64,000 nucleotides of DNA from a phage, in NCBI GenBank assembly GCA_033664045.1, contig GCA_033664045.1_3674.1. One strand, 5' to 3'. The position numbers were made by a program, and so were the translations under genes. The notes under the pieces were generated by a model that worked only from the letters and a program-made list of their open reading frames with translations, was not told the DNA's origin and did not search any database. How positions within the stretch are numbered: the first letter of the stretch is position 1; each line of letters starts with the position of its first letter. Of the stretch, positions 1 to 9,433 are shown piece by piece.

Positions 1-35
1 ACCTTGTCTGGATTCGGACTGCATTCTAGCAGGCG

Positions 36-338
36 GTGGCAAGGATGCCACTTAAAAGAGTAATGAACATGTTATACCAGAAACACGAACTTTGTGCAGA
101 AAAAGAGTTAAATTTTGACAAAGTTATCCACAGATATTGTTATGGAAAAACCGGAAGACAACTAAGAAGATGCACTCCAGCATTCTTTCACCCCAGCAGG
201 CGGCTAAGTCCTGAAGAGGCGACAGCAGAAAGGGTTGCATACAACTGGGAAGTTGTGTACGATATTGACAGATCCGATGTGACATCTGTTTTGGAAAACT
301 TTGAAAACACTTACACACAAGTAGAGGACTTTTACTAA
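36..338 (+). CDS. hypothetical protein
   Basis: ORF co-directional with downstream operon; stop overlaps next start (TAATG). Confidence 0.4.
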   Translation: MARMPLKRVMNMLYQKHELCAEKELNFDKVIHRYCYGKTGRQLRRCTPAFFHPSRRLSPEEATAERVAYNWEVVYDIDRSDVTSVLENFENTYTQVEDFY

Positions 339-1522
339 TGTCAAGAAACGTATTTGAAAGTGGTCAAATCACTGTCCGTGAGTTGCCAGCTATCATTCAG
401 TTCGCCCAGCGTCATAACCGATCTGTCCTGATTTTAGGACCAATGGGCGTGGGTAAGAGCCAGGTGATGAAGCAGATTGCAGATAATATGTTCGGTGAGC
501 GAGATGACAACCTGGTTGACGTGCGACTGTCAGATAAAGATCCTGCTGACTTATCTGGGCTACCTATCCCTGTAGAAGCGGATGGAACTACACGTACAGT
601 GTTTGCAATTCCAGAATTTTGGCCTGCAGATCCGGACTGGAGCGGAATTATCTTTCTAGATGAGCTTACCCATGCAGATAATTACCTGCAGAAGGTTGCA
701 ATGCAAATTATGCTCGACCACAAGTGCGGCACTTATGCATTCCCTAAGGGCTCTGTTTTTGTAGCTGCAGGTAACCGTTCTACAGATGGTGCTGTTCTTT
801 CAGCGCTTGAAGCACCTCTGGCTAACCGCTTTATCATTGTAGAGGTTACAAGCAATGCAGAGGTGTTTATTGAGGACTATGCATTCCTCAACGGGGTGCA
901 CTCCTCTGTAATTGGGTATTTGAAAAGAGTTCCATCAGCTATCGATAATTATGAGGCTATGGCTGAGATTAATTGTCCATCTTTTGCCACACCGCGATCT
1001 TGGGTTGCTGCATCTGATATCTTGCACGATTTTGACAGCGGTATTATTTCTGACGCTATGGCCCGTGTTCTTCTGCAAGGTGCTATTGGTCACACTGCAG
1101 CGGTAGAGATCTGGACTTACCACACCAAAAAACGCAACTTACCGGAAATCGGTCGGATTATGGCAGGAGGTTGCAAAGAATACGTAGGTCCTAAACAGCC
1201 AGACATCTTGTGGATTCTTGGATCTGAAGGTTGTATCGCTATTCGTAATATGATGGAAAATGCAAGTATCTCCGACGAAGATCTTGTTAGCTGTGTGGCA
1301 AACTTCCTCGATTTCCTTTGGGAAAATTTCAAGGACGAGAACCGAGATTTTGTATTCTCAGTCTTTATGGCGATGATGAAACCTAATGCCTTAGGAAATG
1401 CCTTGCTTATCGGTAAAGGGCGTGACAAGATTGTTGCTCAGCTGATCAAAGCATACCCAAACCTGATGAAGATTGTAAAAGAGTTTGGTGAAGAGTTTAG
1501 CGCCATTTTGGCTAAAGCTTGA
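338..1522 (+). CDS. AAA+ ATPase (AAA_5 / MoxR-like)
   Basis: Walker A LILGPMGVGKSQ, Walker B IIFLDELTHA, downstream VFVAAGNRS sensor-like segment. Confidence 0.75.
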   Translation: MSRNVFESGQITVRELPAIIQFAQRHNRSVLILGPMGVGKSQVMKQIADNMFGERDDNLVDVRLSDKDPADLSGLPIPVEADGTTRTVFAIPEFWPADPDWSGIIFLDELTHADNYLQKVAMQIMLDHKCGTYAFPKGSVFVAAGNRSTDGAVLSALEAPLANRFIIVEVTSNAEVFIEDYAFLNGVHSSVIGYLKRVPSAIDNYEAMAEINCPSFATPRSWVAASDILHDFDSGIISDAMARVLLQGAIGHTAAVEIWTYHTKKRNLPEIGRIMAGGCKEYVGPKQPDILWILGSEGCIAIRNMMENASISDEDLVSCVANFLDFLWENFKDENRDFVFSVFMAMMKPNALGNALLIGKGRDKIVAQLIKAYPNLMKIVKEFGEEFSAILAKA

Positions 1523-1531
1523 GGAGGTTGT

Positions 1532-1912
1532 ATGGCTAAAGTAGGTAAGCGGGGAAACTACTTGGTAGTATTGACCGAGGAGCCGGAGAAGGAGTACGAA
1601 TGCAGCTCCACTTGCGTGATCGATATCCGAGAAAAAGATGTAGATGAAATCTGGTTTGAAATATTAGATGCTTGCGACAGCAGTGATTATTTCTTCATCT
1701 ATGTCAACGATAAAGCTGGGTTCTTCCATGACGACGGAGAGTTGCCGTATGAAATCTATGAACTTGTAGAGGCTTGCCATCGTGGAGATGCGGAGTTGTT
1801 TGGCTTACGGCTGAAAAGCGGTAAATTCTTCTATCAAGATGAGTGCATGAATCTTCATAACTTTGTAGAGGGAACTTGCAACGATGGAGAGATTTTGGCA
1901 CACTACGATTAA
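1532..1912 (+). CDS. hypothetical protein
   Basis: ORF with RBS GAGGAGG upstream of ATG; acidic, Cys-containing. Confidence 0.5.
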   Translation: MAKVGKRGNYLVVLTEEPEKEYECSSTCVIDIREKDVDEIWFEILDACDSSDYFFIYVNDKAGFFHDDGELPYEIYELVEACHRGDAELFGLRLKSGKFFYQDECMNLHNFVEGTCNDGEILAHYD

Positions 1913-1960
1913 TTTCTAAGACCACCCCGCTTCGGCGGGGATTTTCTATTTGGAGTTATT

Positions 1961-2461
1961 GTGAAAATTAAGATCTTTGCTATTATTTTGAGCGCATTTT
2001 TATCGCTGCCTGTTGTTGCAGCACCAAAACAAAAAGTATACCATACTTGCAAGCCATCAGATACTAAGGAAAACATTCTAGCATGCAATATCTACAGGGA
2101 AGCTAGAGGGGATGGCACGATGGGTATGCTGGCATCTGGGTTTGCCACATTAAACAGGAAATCTCACCCTAAATACCCAGACACTATAAGAAAGATTGTC
2201 TACCAGCCTAACCAGTTTTCGTGGACAAACCACGGCAAAACTTTTAAGGTGACAGAAAAAGATTCATGGGATCACGCTAAAAGTCTTGCAAAGATGCTTC
2301 TAAAGGTCTACAATAACAACCATGTTGCATACATGGCTATGGACATAACAGGTGGAGCAACACACTACCATACAACCAAAGTACGACCGAAATGGGCAAA
2401 AAAGATGCAGAGGACAGCTCAATTCGGGAGTCATATCTACTACAAGGAGCGCAATAAATGA
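1961..2461 (+). CDS. SleB/CwlJ-like cell wall hydrolase with N-terminal signal peptide
   Basis: GTG start after GGAG; hydrophobic leader MKIKIFAIILSAFLSLPVVAAP; motif IYREARGDG...ATLNR...IRKIVYQPNQFSW typical of SleB/CwlJ hydrolase domain. Confidence 0.7.
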   Translation: MKIKIFAIILSAFLSLPVVAAPKQKVYHTCKPSDTKENILACNIYREARGDGTMGMLASGFATLNRKSHPKYPDTIRKIVYQPNQFSWTNHGKTFKVTEKDSWDHAKSLAKMLLKVYNNNHVAYMAMDITGGATHYHTTKVRPKWAKKMQRTAQFGSHIYYKERNK

Positions 2462-4440
2462 TTGTAAACAGTAATGAAACTAAAGCAGTACTAACCGGAA
2501 ATATGGAGGTCACCAGGGGCTCAATTTCTCTGAACAAAGAGACTTTTGGGCTAATCATTAAAGGGATTTACGAAGATAAGGTGCTGGCAAGCTGCCGTGA
2601 ACCAATCTTCAATGCTGTGGACTCTCATGTTGAGTCTGGACGGAGTGATGTACCGATCATCATTCACTCTCCTACAGACCTTGAACCATACTTCTTTGTG
2701 CAGGACGTTGGATTGGGCATGTCAGAAGAGATGGTCCGCAACACGTTCATGAACCTTGGAGAGTCAACCAAACGCAACAGCAACGCCCTGGTAGGTAATA
2801 AAGGTGTTGGCTCAAAGGCTCCGTTCAGCATGGTGGACACTTTCGATGTTATCAGTGTGCACAATGGTGTTGAAAGCACATATCTATTGTTCTTGGATCA
2901 GGGTATCCCAAACGTTACCAAGATCCGAGAGCGGAAGACTGAAGAGCACAACGGGGTAAAAGTTCAGTTCCATGTTAAGAAAGAGCATGTCCTGAAATAT
3001 CGCACCGCTATTGCATCATGCCTACGCTATGCAAAATTCCCGTTCACCGTCACTGATCCGATGACGAGCAAGATGCTAGAGGGTGACAAGGTAGAGGCGC
3101 AATACTATTACGAAAAAGATGGTTGGAAGATGACCATCTTGAAGGGCTATACCAGCTCTGACGAGAGTCGTGTGGTAATGGGCCACCAACCTTACCGCTC
3201 TAAGTTCCTGGAGACATTGACCGATTACCCTGCAATCTGCGTGGAAATTCCTATTGGGGATTGCAATATTAACCCTGGGCGTGAATGGACCATAGAGGGC
3301 CATGACGACGGTGGATTCCAGGATCGCCTGGAGGCCTTTGTCAAAGAAGGTATACGTCTTCGCGGGGCAGAAGTTGTTGCAGAACTGGAGACGGCAAAAA
3401 CCTCCGCAGAAGCACGTGAGATGATGAAGAACAGTGGAGTGTTCGGGCACATCTTCGGTAAGAATTTTATGTGGGACCGATGGGAAGAGACAGGACTAGG
3501 AAGTTTGGGAGATTGTGAGATCTTCGCTGGAGGCTTAAATAAAGGCCGCATAGGTTACGCTTGTTACGGAAAGGTAGAATTCTTACGGGGAGTCTATTTA
3601 GTATTTAACGACGGAGACGGCAAATATAACCGAAATAAGTGTAACTACTTAAGCGAGATCACCGGACGCAACGTTTTCTATTGCCGTAACACGGATCTGG
3701 TGAAAGAGTTTAAAGAGGCGGCACACCATCCGTTCTTTGCAGATACGGTAAAATTGTTATCAGAGCTACCTCGCCGACCTGCGAAGAAAGGTGAAACAAA
3801 AACTCATTATGAGCCAGGTTATTGGGTTAAAAAACTTGAGAAGGATGGTTACTTCCGTCGTGAGCGTATTACTAAGGCAGAGTTCAAGAAGATTAAGCAC
3901 TGCATTCCTTATGAGGGTGATATCCAACGTGGAAGTTGTTGGCTGGGACAGCTGAGTAACATCTACCAGCAAAATTATGATCGTGTGCGTGCGGCACTCC
4001 AGATTCCTGAAGGGGAAGATCTGTACCTGGTATCAGAATCCCGTCTGCTTTGGACTGATCCTGATTGCCAGTATGTTACAGAGAAAAATGTGGAACATTT
4101 GTTGAAAGAGGACGCCTGGAAATTCTTACTGACTCGCGCAGCAAATGAAACTTCATATGACAGCCTGTATAGACAATTAGGGAAAATTATCCCCATGCAA
4201 GATTTTGGAAATTATCGGCCACATTTCCACAAGTGGGAAGGTAACACCGCGTGGAAGCACAGTGAGCTAAATCATCGTGCCAAAATCTTAATCGCCAACC
4301 GAGTCAAGTGCGGGAAGGCCTATATTGCAAGATTGGAAAAGAAATACCCACTTTTGAAGCATGTAGGCTTGAAATATTGGGACACTCCTGCTATGATTGA
4401 ATACCGTGAACTGATCGATACAAAGAATAACATCAAATAA
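2458..4440 (+). CDS. GHKL-type ATPase (Hsp90/HtpG-like N-terminal motifs)
   Basis: Bergerat-fold motifs in order: EPIFNAVDS (ExxxNxxD), QDVGLGMSEEM (DxGxGM), NLGESTKRNS, GNKGVGSKAPFS (GxxGxG). Confidence 0.6.
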   Translation: MIVNSNETKAVLTGNMEVTRGSISLNKETFGLIIKGIYEDKVLASCREPIFNAVDSHVESGRSDVPIIIHSPTDLEPYFFVQDVGLGMSEEMVRNTFMNLGESTKRNSNALVGNKGVGSKAPFSMVDTFDVISVHNGVESTYLLFLDQGIPNVTKIRERKTEEHNGVKVQFHVKKEHVLKYRTAIASCLRYAKFPFTVTDPMTSKMLEGDKVEAQYYYEKDGWKMTILKGYTSSDESRVVMGHQPYRSKFLETLTDYPAICVEIPIGDCNINPGREWTIEGHDDGGFQDRLEAFVKEGIRLRGAEVVAELETAKTSAEAREMMKNSGVFGHIFGKNFMWDRWEETGLGSLGDCEIFAGGLNKGRIGYACYGKVEFLRGVYLVFNDGDGKYNRNKCNYLSEITGRNVFYCRNTDLVKEFKEAAHHPFFADTVKLLSELPRRPAKKGETKTHYEPGYWVKKLEKDGYFRRERITKAEFKKIKHCIPYEGDIQRGSCWLGQLSNIYQQNYDRVRAALQIPEGEDLYLVSESRLLWTDPDCQYVTEKNVEHLLKEDAWKFLLTRAANETSYDSLYRQLGKIIPMQDFGNYRPHFHKWEGNTAWKHSELNHRAKILIANRVKCGKAYIARLEKKYPLLKHVGLKYWDTPAMIEYRELIDTKNNIK

Positions 4441-4450
4441 GGAGACCAAG

Positions 4451-5656
4451 ATGATTTTCATCTACGAACATTTCAAAACCCGTAAAGAAGCACGAGACCG
4501 CCGTGCAGAACTGGAGAAAAAGGGTTTCACATGTGCCATTGAGAAAGGCGACACAACCTGGACACTGGCAGTGGGTGCCCCAGAGTTGTTCGATCCTGAC
4601 CGTGACAGCGTCTGCTACACCCGTGAGGATTTTGAAACCCGCGAAGAGGCCCGTTTATTTCGATATGGTCTGGAAGATAACGGCAAGTACGCTATGATCT
4701 TAGATTTAGGCGAAGGTTCCGTTAAACGTTGGGGCGTGGTATATCCCCTGTGTGTTGTTCACGGTGTGGGGTTCACTGGGGTGGCAATCAAGTCAGAAGA
4801 ACCTTTAGTAGAAGTCAAAGATCCGGTGCTGGAGGTGGTGAGCAGTGTGTCTCAGCAACAGACTCGAAGCATCGAGCCTTTGGTAGTTATTTGTGGGGAA
4901 CTCCTCCAGATCACCTGCAACGAAGGTATTTTTGAAATTCGCCGCAGTGAAAGTGAGGAAGTTTACCAGAAAGTCTTCGACCATATCTCTGTTCAGGAAT
5001 ATGATGAGGCAATTGGTGAAATCCTTGTCTGGCTGGAACGCAAGAATGAGTTCACCACACTTGCAGACAACCTGATCATGAAAGATGGTAAGCTCTACTA
5101 CTACGGTGTAGAGATGCGATCCACCATTGCAAAGAAAATTGAGAAAGACTATGCAGACGGAACACTGGATGACCGCTATGTGAAATTCCTCGTTCGCCTG
5201 CTACGCAATCCTTCTGCAAAATCTGTAAACATGCTCTACGATTTTATGCAGGCCAACGATATCCAGATTGCAGAAGATGGTCGAATCGTTTGCTACAAAG
5301 GTGTTCAGTTTAACGGCAGCAAGTGGGTGGATTGGCACAGTGGTAAAGTTCCACAATACCAGGGTGCTTTTGTATCCATGCCTCGTAACTTTGTAGAGGA
5401 TGATCCGGAAGCTGCGTGCTCCTATGGCTTACACTGCGCCAGCAAAGAGTATGCAAAAAGCTACGGCACTGTAATGACTGTTATGGTTGACCCTGCAGAT
5501 GTGGTTAGTGTGCCATACCAACACAATAGCGCCAAGTGCCGTGCATGCCGCTATGAGATTGTGGTAGCTCCGGAAGCACGCAAGGACGGAGACCCGATTG
5601 AATACGTGGTTGACAGAGATGGTAACACTATCGACATTCTTTACGAGGAGGTGTAA
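4451..5656 (+). CDS. hypothetical protein
   Basis: 401-aa ORF with RBS AGGAGA; no motif recognised; stop overlaps next start. Confidence 0.55.
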   Translation: MIFIYEHFKTRKEARDRRAELEKKGFTCAIEKGDTTWTLAVGAPELFDPDRDSVCYTREDFETREEARLFRYGLEDNGKYAMILDLGEGSVKRWGVVYPLCVVHGVGFTGVAIKSEEPLVEVKDPVLEVVSSVSQQQTRSIEPLVVICGELLQITCNEGIFEIRRSESEEVYQKVFDHISVQEYDEAIGEILVWLERKNEFTTLADNLIMKDGKLYYYGVEMRSTIAKKIEKDYADGTLDDRYVKFLVRLLRNPSAKSVNMLYDFMQANDIQIAEDGRIVCYKGVQFNGSKWVDWHSGKVPQYQGAFVSMPRNFVEDDPEAACSYGLHCASKEYAKSYGTVMTVMVDPADVVSVPYQHNSAKCRACRYEIVVAPEARKDGDPIEYVVDRDGNTIDILYEEV

Positions 5657-7026
5657 TGGAAAAAGGGCAGTATGATGTAGGCACAGATGCTGCCCTCGTT
5701 GCAATCATGAGCGGTGAGAATGTCTTCGTTTCAGGACCCGCAGGTTGTGGGAAGACGTACCTCATCAACATGATCCAGTCAATGTATGGAGACTCTTGCA
5801 TAACGGTTGCCCCGACAGGGGTAGCCGCTTTAAACGTTAATGGAGCAACAGCACACCGAACCTTCGATCTTGCAGCAGGTGTGAGCATGGAGTCAGACTG
5901 GACCGCAATAAGGGCAAAAACAGCAAAGCCTTTGAAAAGCAAGGCATTTACCATCCTAATTATCGATGAAATCTCTATGATCCGTGCTGATAAGTTTATA
6001 GAGATGGATAGGAAACTTCGCTTCCTTCGAAAAAATGACAAACCTTTCGGAGGCATACAGGTCATATTGTTTGGCGACTTTTACCAGGCACCTCCTGTTG
6101 TCTCTTCTATGGAGAAGGAAGCCTACTTCAACTTCTACCATACGGACCTGTGTTGCTATACCGAATCTTGGAAAGAGCTTGACCTCCACAACATAGCCCT
6201 AGTAGATCAGTTCCGACAGGAGTCTATTCGATTTGCCACAATGCTCAACTGTGTTCGTGAGGGTCGTCGCATAAAAGAGGTTGTAGCAGAGCTTAATGCT
6301 CGCTGTTACAAAGGCGGTGTACCAACAGACGCTCTCACAATTTGCGCCACCAACAAACAAGCAGAGGAAGTGAACAGAAGGTTCTATGATGCCATCAACG
6401 CCCCAGAGAAGGTATACACTGGTGAAATGAAGGGTAAGTTTCCCTCCACCCTACCAGTTGAGCAGGAGATGAAGTTGAAAATTGGCATGAAAGTTATGAT
6501 AACCGCCAACGATGTTGACCCAACGCACAAAGTACCTTATTATGTTAACGGAACACGTGCCACAATTGTTAAATTTAAGAACAAGGCAGTGGTGGTAGAG
6601 CTTGAAGATGGAACACAGGTTGACATAGAGCAGATGTTGTGGGAGAATAACGAATATAAGCCATCTCAGAGATACAACATTGCAGAAAGGAAGATGGAGA
6701 AGTTTATAGAGAGGGTAGTGATCGGGTCATATAAGCAACTCCCTCTGAAATCTGGGTACGCCGTAACATCTCATAAAAGTCAAGGACTTACACTAGATTG
6801 TTACAACCTAGACCTTGGAAAGAACGGAGCTTTCTCTCCTGGGATGACGTATGTCGCTTTGAGTAGAGTTAAGACAATACAAGGAATAAACTTGTTGCGT
6901 CCACTAAGAGAGGTTGACATTATTGTTGACCCGCGAGTCGTAGAGTTTTACAATACAACATTCCCTGACTTAGACAAAATTGTCAGGAAAGATTTTGAAA
7001 CCAGAGCCGAAGAGGGGGACGTATGA
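5656..7026 (+). CDS. SF1 DNA helicase, Dda/RecD-like
   Basis: Walker A GPAGCGKTY, Walker B ILIIDEISM, C-terminal VTSHKSQGLTLD helicase motif. Confidence 0.8.
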   Translation: MEKGQYDVGTDAALVAIMSGENVFVSGPAGCGKTYLINMIQSMYGDSCITVAPTGVAALNVNGATAHRTFDLAAGVSMESDWTAIRAKTAKPLKSKAFTILIIDEISMIRADKFIEMDRKLRFLRKNDKPFGGIQVILFGDFYQAPPVVSSMEKEAYFNFYHTDLCCYTESWKELDLHNIALVDQFRQESIRFATMLNCVREGRRIKEVVAELNARCYKGGVPTDALTICATNKQAEEVNRRFYDAINAPEKVYTGEMKGKFPSTLPVEQEMKLKIGMKVMITANDVDPTHKVPYYVNGTRATIVKFKNKAVVVELEDGTQVDIEQMLWENNEYKPSQRYNIAERKMEKFIERVVIGSYKQLPLKSGYAVTSHKSQGLTLDCYNLDLGKNGAFSPGMTYVALSRVKTIQGINLLRPLREVDIIVDPRVVEFYNTTFPDLDKIVRKDFETRAEEGDV

Positions 7027-7364
7027 GTTTGTGGAGAAATATAGTTAACTACGTGTGCGGCAATCCAACTCCTGAAGAGAAGGATGTTGTGATTCACGAT
7101 TTTACTAAAAGATCTCGTGAAAAAGATCTACTGCTAACAAAGGTGACTGATAAAGATCCTGCAGTAGGGGACTGGGCAGGTTTTGCGTTTACATCGGACA
7201 AATACACCTTTAACAAAGGTGACTACCTTGTTGTAGATTTTAACGAAGACATCGAGGGTGCTGAACCTTACTATCAGACCCTTATTGTTGCAGGGTGTGT
7301 TGATCTCTCTGCAGGCATGCACAGTTTGATTCTTTTTGAGCTTGACTCTGAAGACCTTGAGTAG
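7023..7364 (+). CDS. hypothetical protein
   Basis: ORF overlapping upstream stop by 4 nt, co-directional. Confidence 0.5.
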   Translation: MSLWRNIVNYVCGNPTPEEKDVVIHDFTKRSREKDLLLTKVTDKDPAVGDWAGFAFTSDKYTFNKGDYLVVDFNEDIEGAEPYYQTLIVAGCVDLSAGMHSLILFELDSEDLE

Positions 7365-7424
7365 TAAGATGTGAGTATAAAGGGGAGGCACTCCTCCCCA
7401 CAAAAACTAAGGAAGCACTAAACG

Positions 7425-7727
7425 ATGAAACGTTATAAACCATACACTTTTGAAATCGATTTCGAACTTGACGATATGTTTACTGTAGAAGCTCAGGCAG
7501 TTGTCCAGTTGCCAGACCCGGAGTGCCGTGATTCTGATGTTGACTATTACGGATTTAGACAAATTACCGATGTGCATGTTTACCACAACGGTGAAGAGGT
7601 GGACTTCCACCAACTGCCAAACGATTTGCGACACTCAATTTACAAACGTGCAGCCCGTGAACTAGAGTCCTATCTGGATGCAGCGACGACAGCAGCTGCA
7701 TTTGCTGAAGAAGTGGGAGGTTTCTGA
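7425..7727 (+). CDS. hypothetical protein
   Basis: ORF preceded by GC hairpin ggggaggcactcctcccc and RBS AGGAAG. Confidence 0.5.
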   Translation: MKRYKPYTFEIDFELDDMFTVEAQAVVQLPDPECRDSDVDYYGFRQITDVHVYHNGEEVDFHQLPNDLRHSIYKRAARELESYLDAATTAAAFAEEVGGF

Positions 7728-8125
7728 TGATTACAGGTGTGAAGATTATCCAATACCACTTAACCAAATTGGAAGATGCTGAAAAAGAGCTTGCAGAAGT
7801 TCTGAATAGTGGATATACTTTACTATCATGCGCCTGCTCAGACACCTACGTTGTGTGGACACTTATCCGGAAGGAAGAGCCTGCGGGGATCTTGGTGCCA
7901 AACCCTAAGATCCTTAGTGAGGTGGATGACTACGCTCAGGACGGCCTGCCAGAAGGCTGGGAAGTATGGGAAGGTGGTGAAAACCCTGCACCAGGTAAGT
8001 GGGTAAAATACAAACTACGTAGCGGTGCGCAGTACGCTGACTACTCTGATGACCTAGACTGGAGTCATTCTTCACCAGGATCGTCTGCAAGTTCATATGA
8101 TATCGTTGCTTTTCAGGAAGAATAA
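7727..8125 (+). CDS. hypothetical protein
   Basis: ATGA overlap with upstream gene. Confidence 0.5.
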   Translation: MITGVKIIQYHLTKLEDAEKELAEVLNSGYTLLSCACSDTYVVWTLIRKEEPAGILVPNPKILSEVDDYAQDGLPEGWEVWEGGENPAPGKWVKYKLRSGAQYADYSDDLDWSHSSPGSSASSYDIVAFQEE

Positions 8126-8137
8126 GGAGATAGTGTT

Positions 8138-8620
8138 ATGTCAGATTTTATGTGGAAAGTAGGTTACGCAGCTCCTGAAATGTGTGAGGCTTGCTTTGTG
8201 AAAATAGGCCGCGAGGATATCGACAAAGTGATCCTTAAGTTTCGTGATGTAGCTGTGATCGGCAACCGAGTGCTTAAGCACTTAAAGAATCTGAAGCTCA
8301 CCAAAAAGAAGTTCTTCGGACTTTTCGAAGAGAAAGTTGATGCTTGGACCCATTGCATTCAGGAAGCTAAATCTCACTACAGTGCTATCGTTACCCCAGA
8401 ACGGGTAGCCAAGATGGAAGGACTCATCAACAGCACAGAGTTTGAGTGCCTAAAGGCTGCCCTTGATAGTTATCCGAAATGCCTCAAGCACTTGGACAAG
8501 TATGTGGAAAAGGATGGGGAAATGTATCTCACCCTGGACGCATATTATGAGATGCAAGAAATTTTAAATTTAGATTTGACATTGGTATCCACCGAGTATA
8601 CAATAGGTATCCGGGTTTAA
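8138..8620 (+). CDS. hypothetical protein
   Basis: RBS AAGGAGA upstream; followed by intrinsic terminator. Confidence 0.5.
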   Translation: MSDFMWKVGYAAPEMCEACFVKIGREDIDKVILKFRDVAVIGNRVLKHLKNLKLTKKKFFGLFEEKVDAWTHCIQEAKSHYSAIVTPERVAKMEGLINSTEFECLKAALDSYPKCLKHLDKYVEKDGEMYLTLDAYYEMQEILNLDLTLVSTEYTIGIRV

Positions 8621-8626
8621 CACTAG

Positions 8627-8654
8627 GCCCTGCCCGAAAGGGTGGGGCTTTTTG
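8627..8654 (+). terminator. rho-independent terminator
   Basis: hairpin gccctgcccgaaagggtggggc followed by TTTTTG. Confidence 0.6.
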
Positions 8655-8671
8655 CATTAGGAGACAGCAAA

Positions 8672-9433
8672 TTGAAATTTATCTACAAAGAACACTACCA
8701 CAAAGGTGTTGTGTGGAGTCTATTTGACGGGTCTGGTGGTGCAGTCATTGACTGGGCAAAAGCTGGATATCTGTGCCTGTGCTTTAATGCAGAAGGTGCT
8801 GATCACGGCAGCTATGCAGAGGTGATAACCGATCATCCCAACATTCACTACGTGGATTATTGGATTGACCCATGGTTCCCTCAGGAAACTTTTTGCATGT
8901 ACCCAGCTCCAGACTTTATTCTTGCATTTCCTCCGTGCACGCATTTAGCGGTATCAGGTGCCGCACATTTTAAGAAAAAGCTGGCTAAGGACCCCATGAT
9001 CCAAATTAATGCTGTAAAGGATGCTCGGGTTGCGGAAGAACTGGGAGAGATTTACGATTGCCCGTGGCATGTAGAGAATCCTGTTGGTGTTATGTCCACA
9101 CTGTGGCGCAAACCTGATTACCGTTTTCATCCTTCTGACTATGGCGGGTATTTACCGGAGGATGATGTAAACCCCTGGTTTCCTGAATTTATAGCTCCAC
9201 GTGATGCCTATCCAAAAATAACTTGCGGCTGGATAGGTAATGGATTTATAATCCCGGCCACAAAACCTGTCCCGCAAATAGTTGACGCGGTTAGCGGGTA
9301 TTCCATGCAACACGCCAAGCTGGGTGGAAAGAGTGCAAGAACGAAGATGATCCGAAGCCTTACACCACGTGGCTGGGCAAAAGCCGTATTCTTAGCAAAC
9401 GAGCCTGTAGTAAGGAGAAGGGCCAATGGTTGA
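8672..9433 (+). CDS. DNA (cytosine-5)-methyltransferase-like protein
   Basis: TTG start after AGGAG; C5-MTase-like motifs LFDGSGG (motif I), FPPCTHLAVSG (motif IV-like, PCT not PCQ), VENPVG (motif VI-like); short, no obvious TRD. Confidence 0.45.
   Translation: MKFIYKEHYHKGVVWSLFDGSGGAVIDWAKAGYLCLCFNAEGADHGSYAEVITDHPNIHYVDYWIDPWFPQETFCMYPAPDFILAFPPCTHLAVSGAAHFKKKLAKDPMIQINAVKDARVAEELGEIYDCPWHVENPVGVMSTLWRKPDYRFHPSDYGGYLPEDDVNPWFPEFIAPRDAYPKITCGWIGNGFIIPATKPVPQIVDAVSGYSMQHAKLGGKSARTKMIRSLTPRGWAKAVFLANEPVVRRRANG

Noticed and set aside
2458-4440. GHKL ATPase as a type II topoisomerase ATPase subunit or CobT partner of a CobS-like ATPase
   Set aside because: No Toprim (EGDSA-like) motif after the GHKL domain and no vWA/MIDAS motif; motif set fits an Hsp90-like GHKL domain better.
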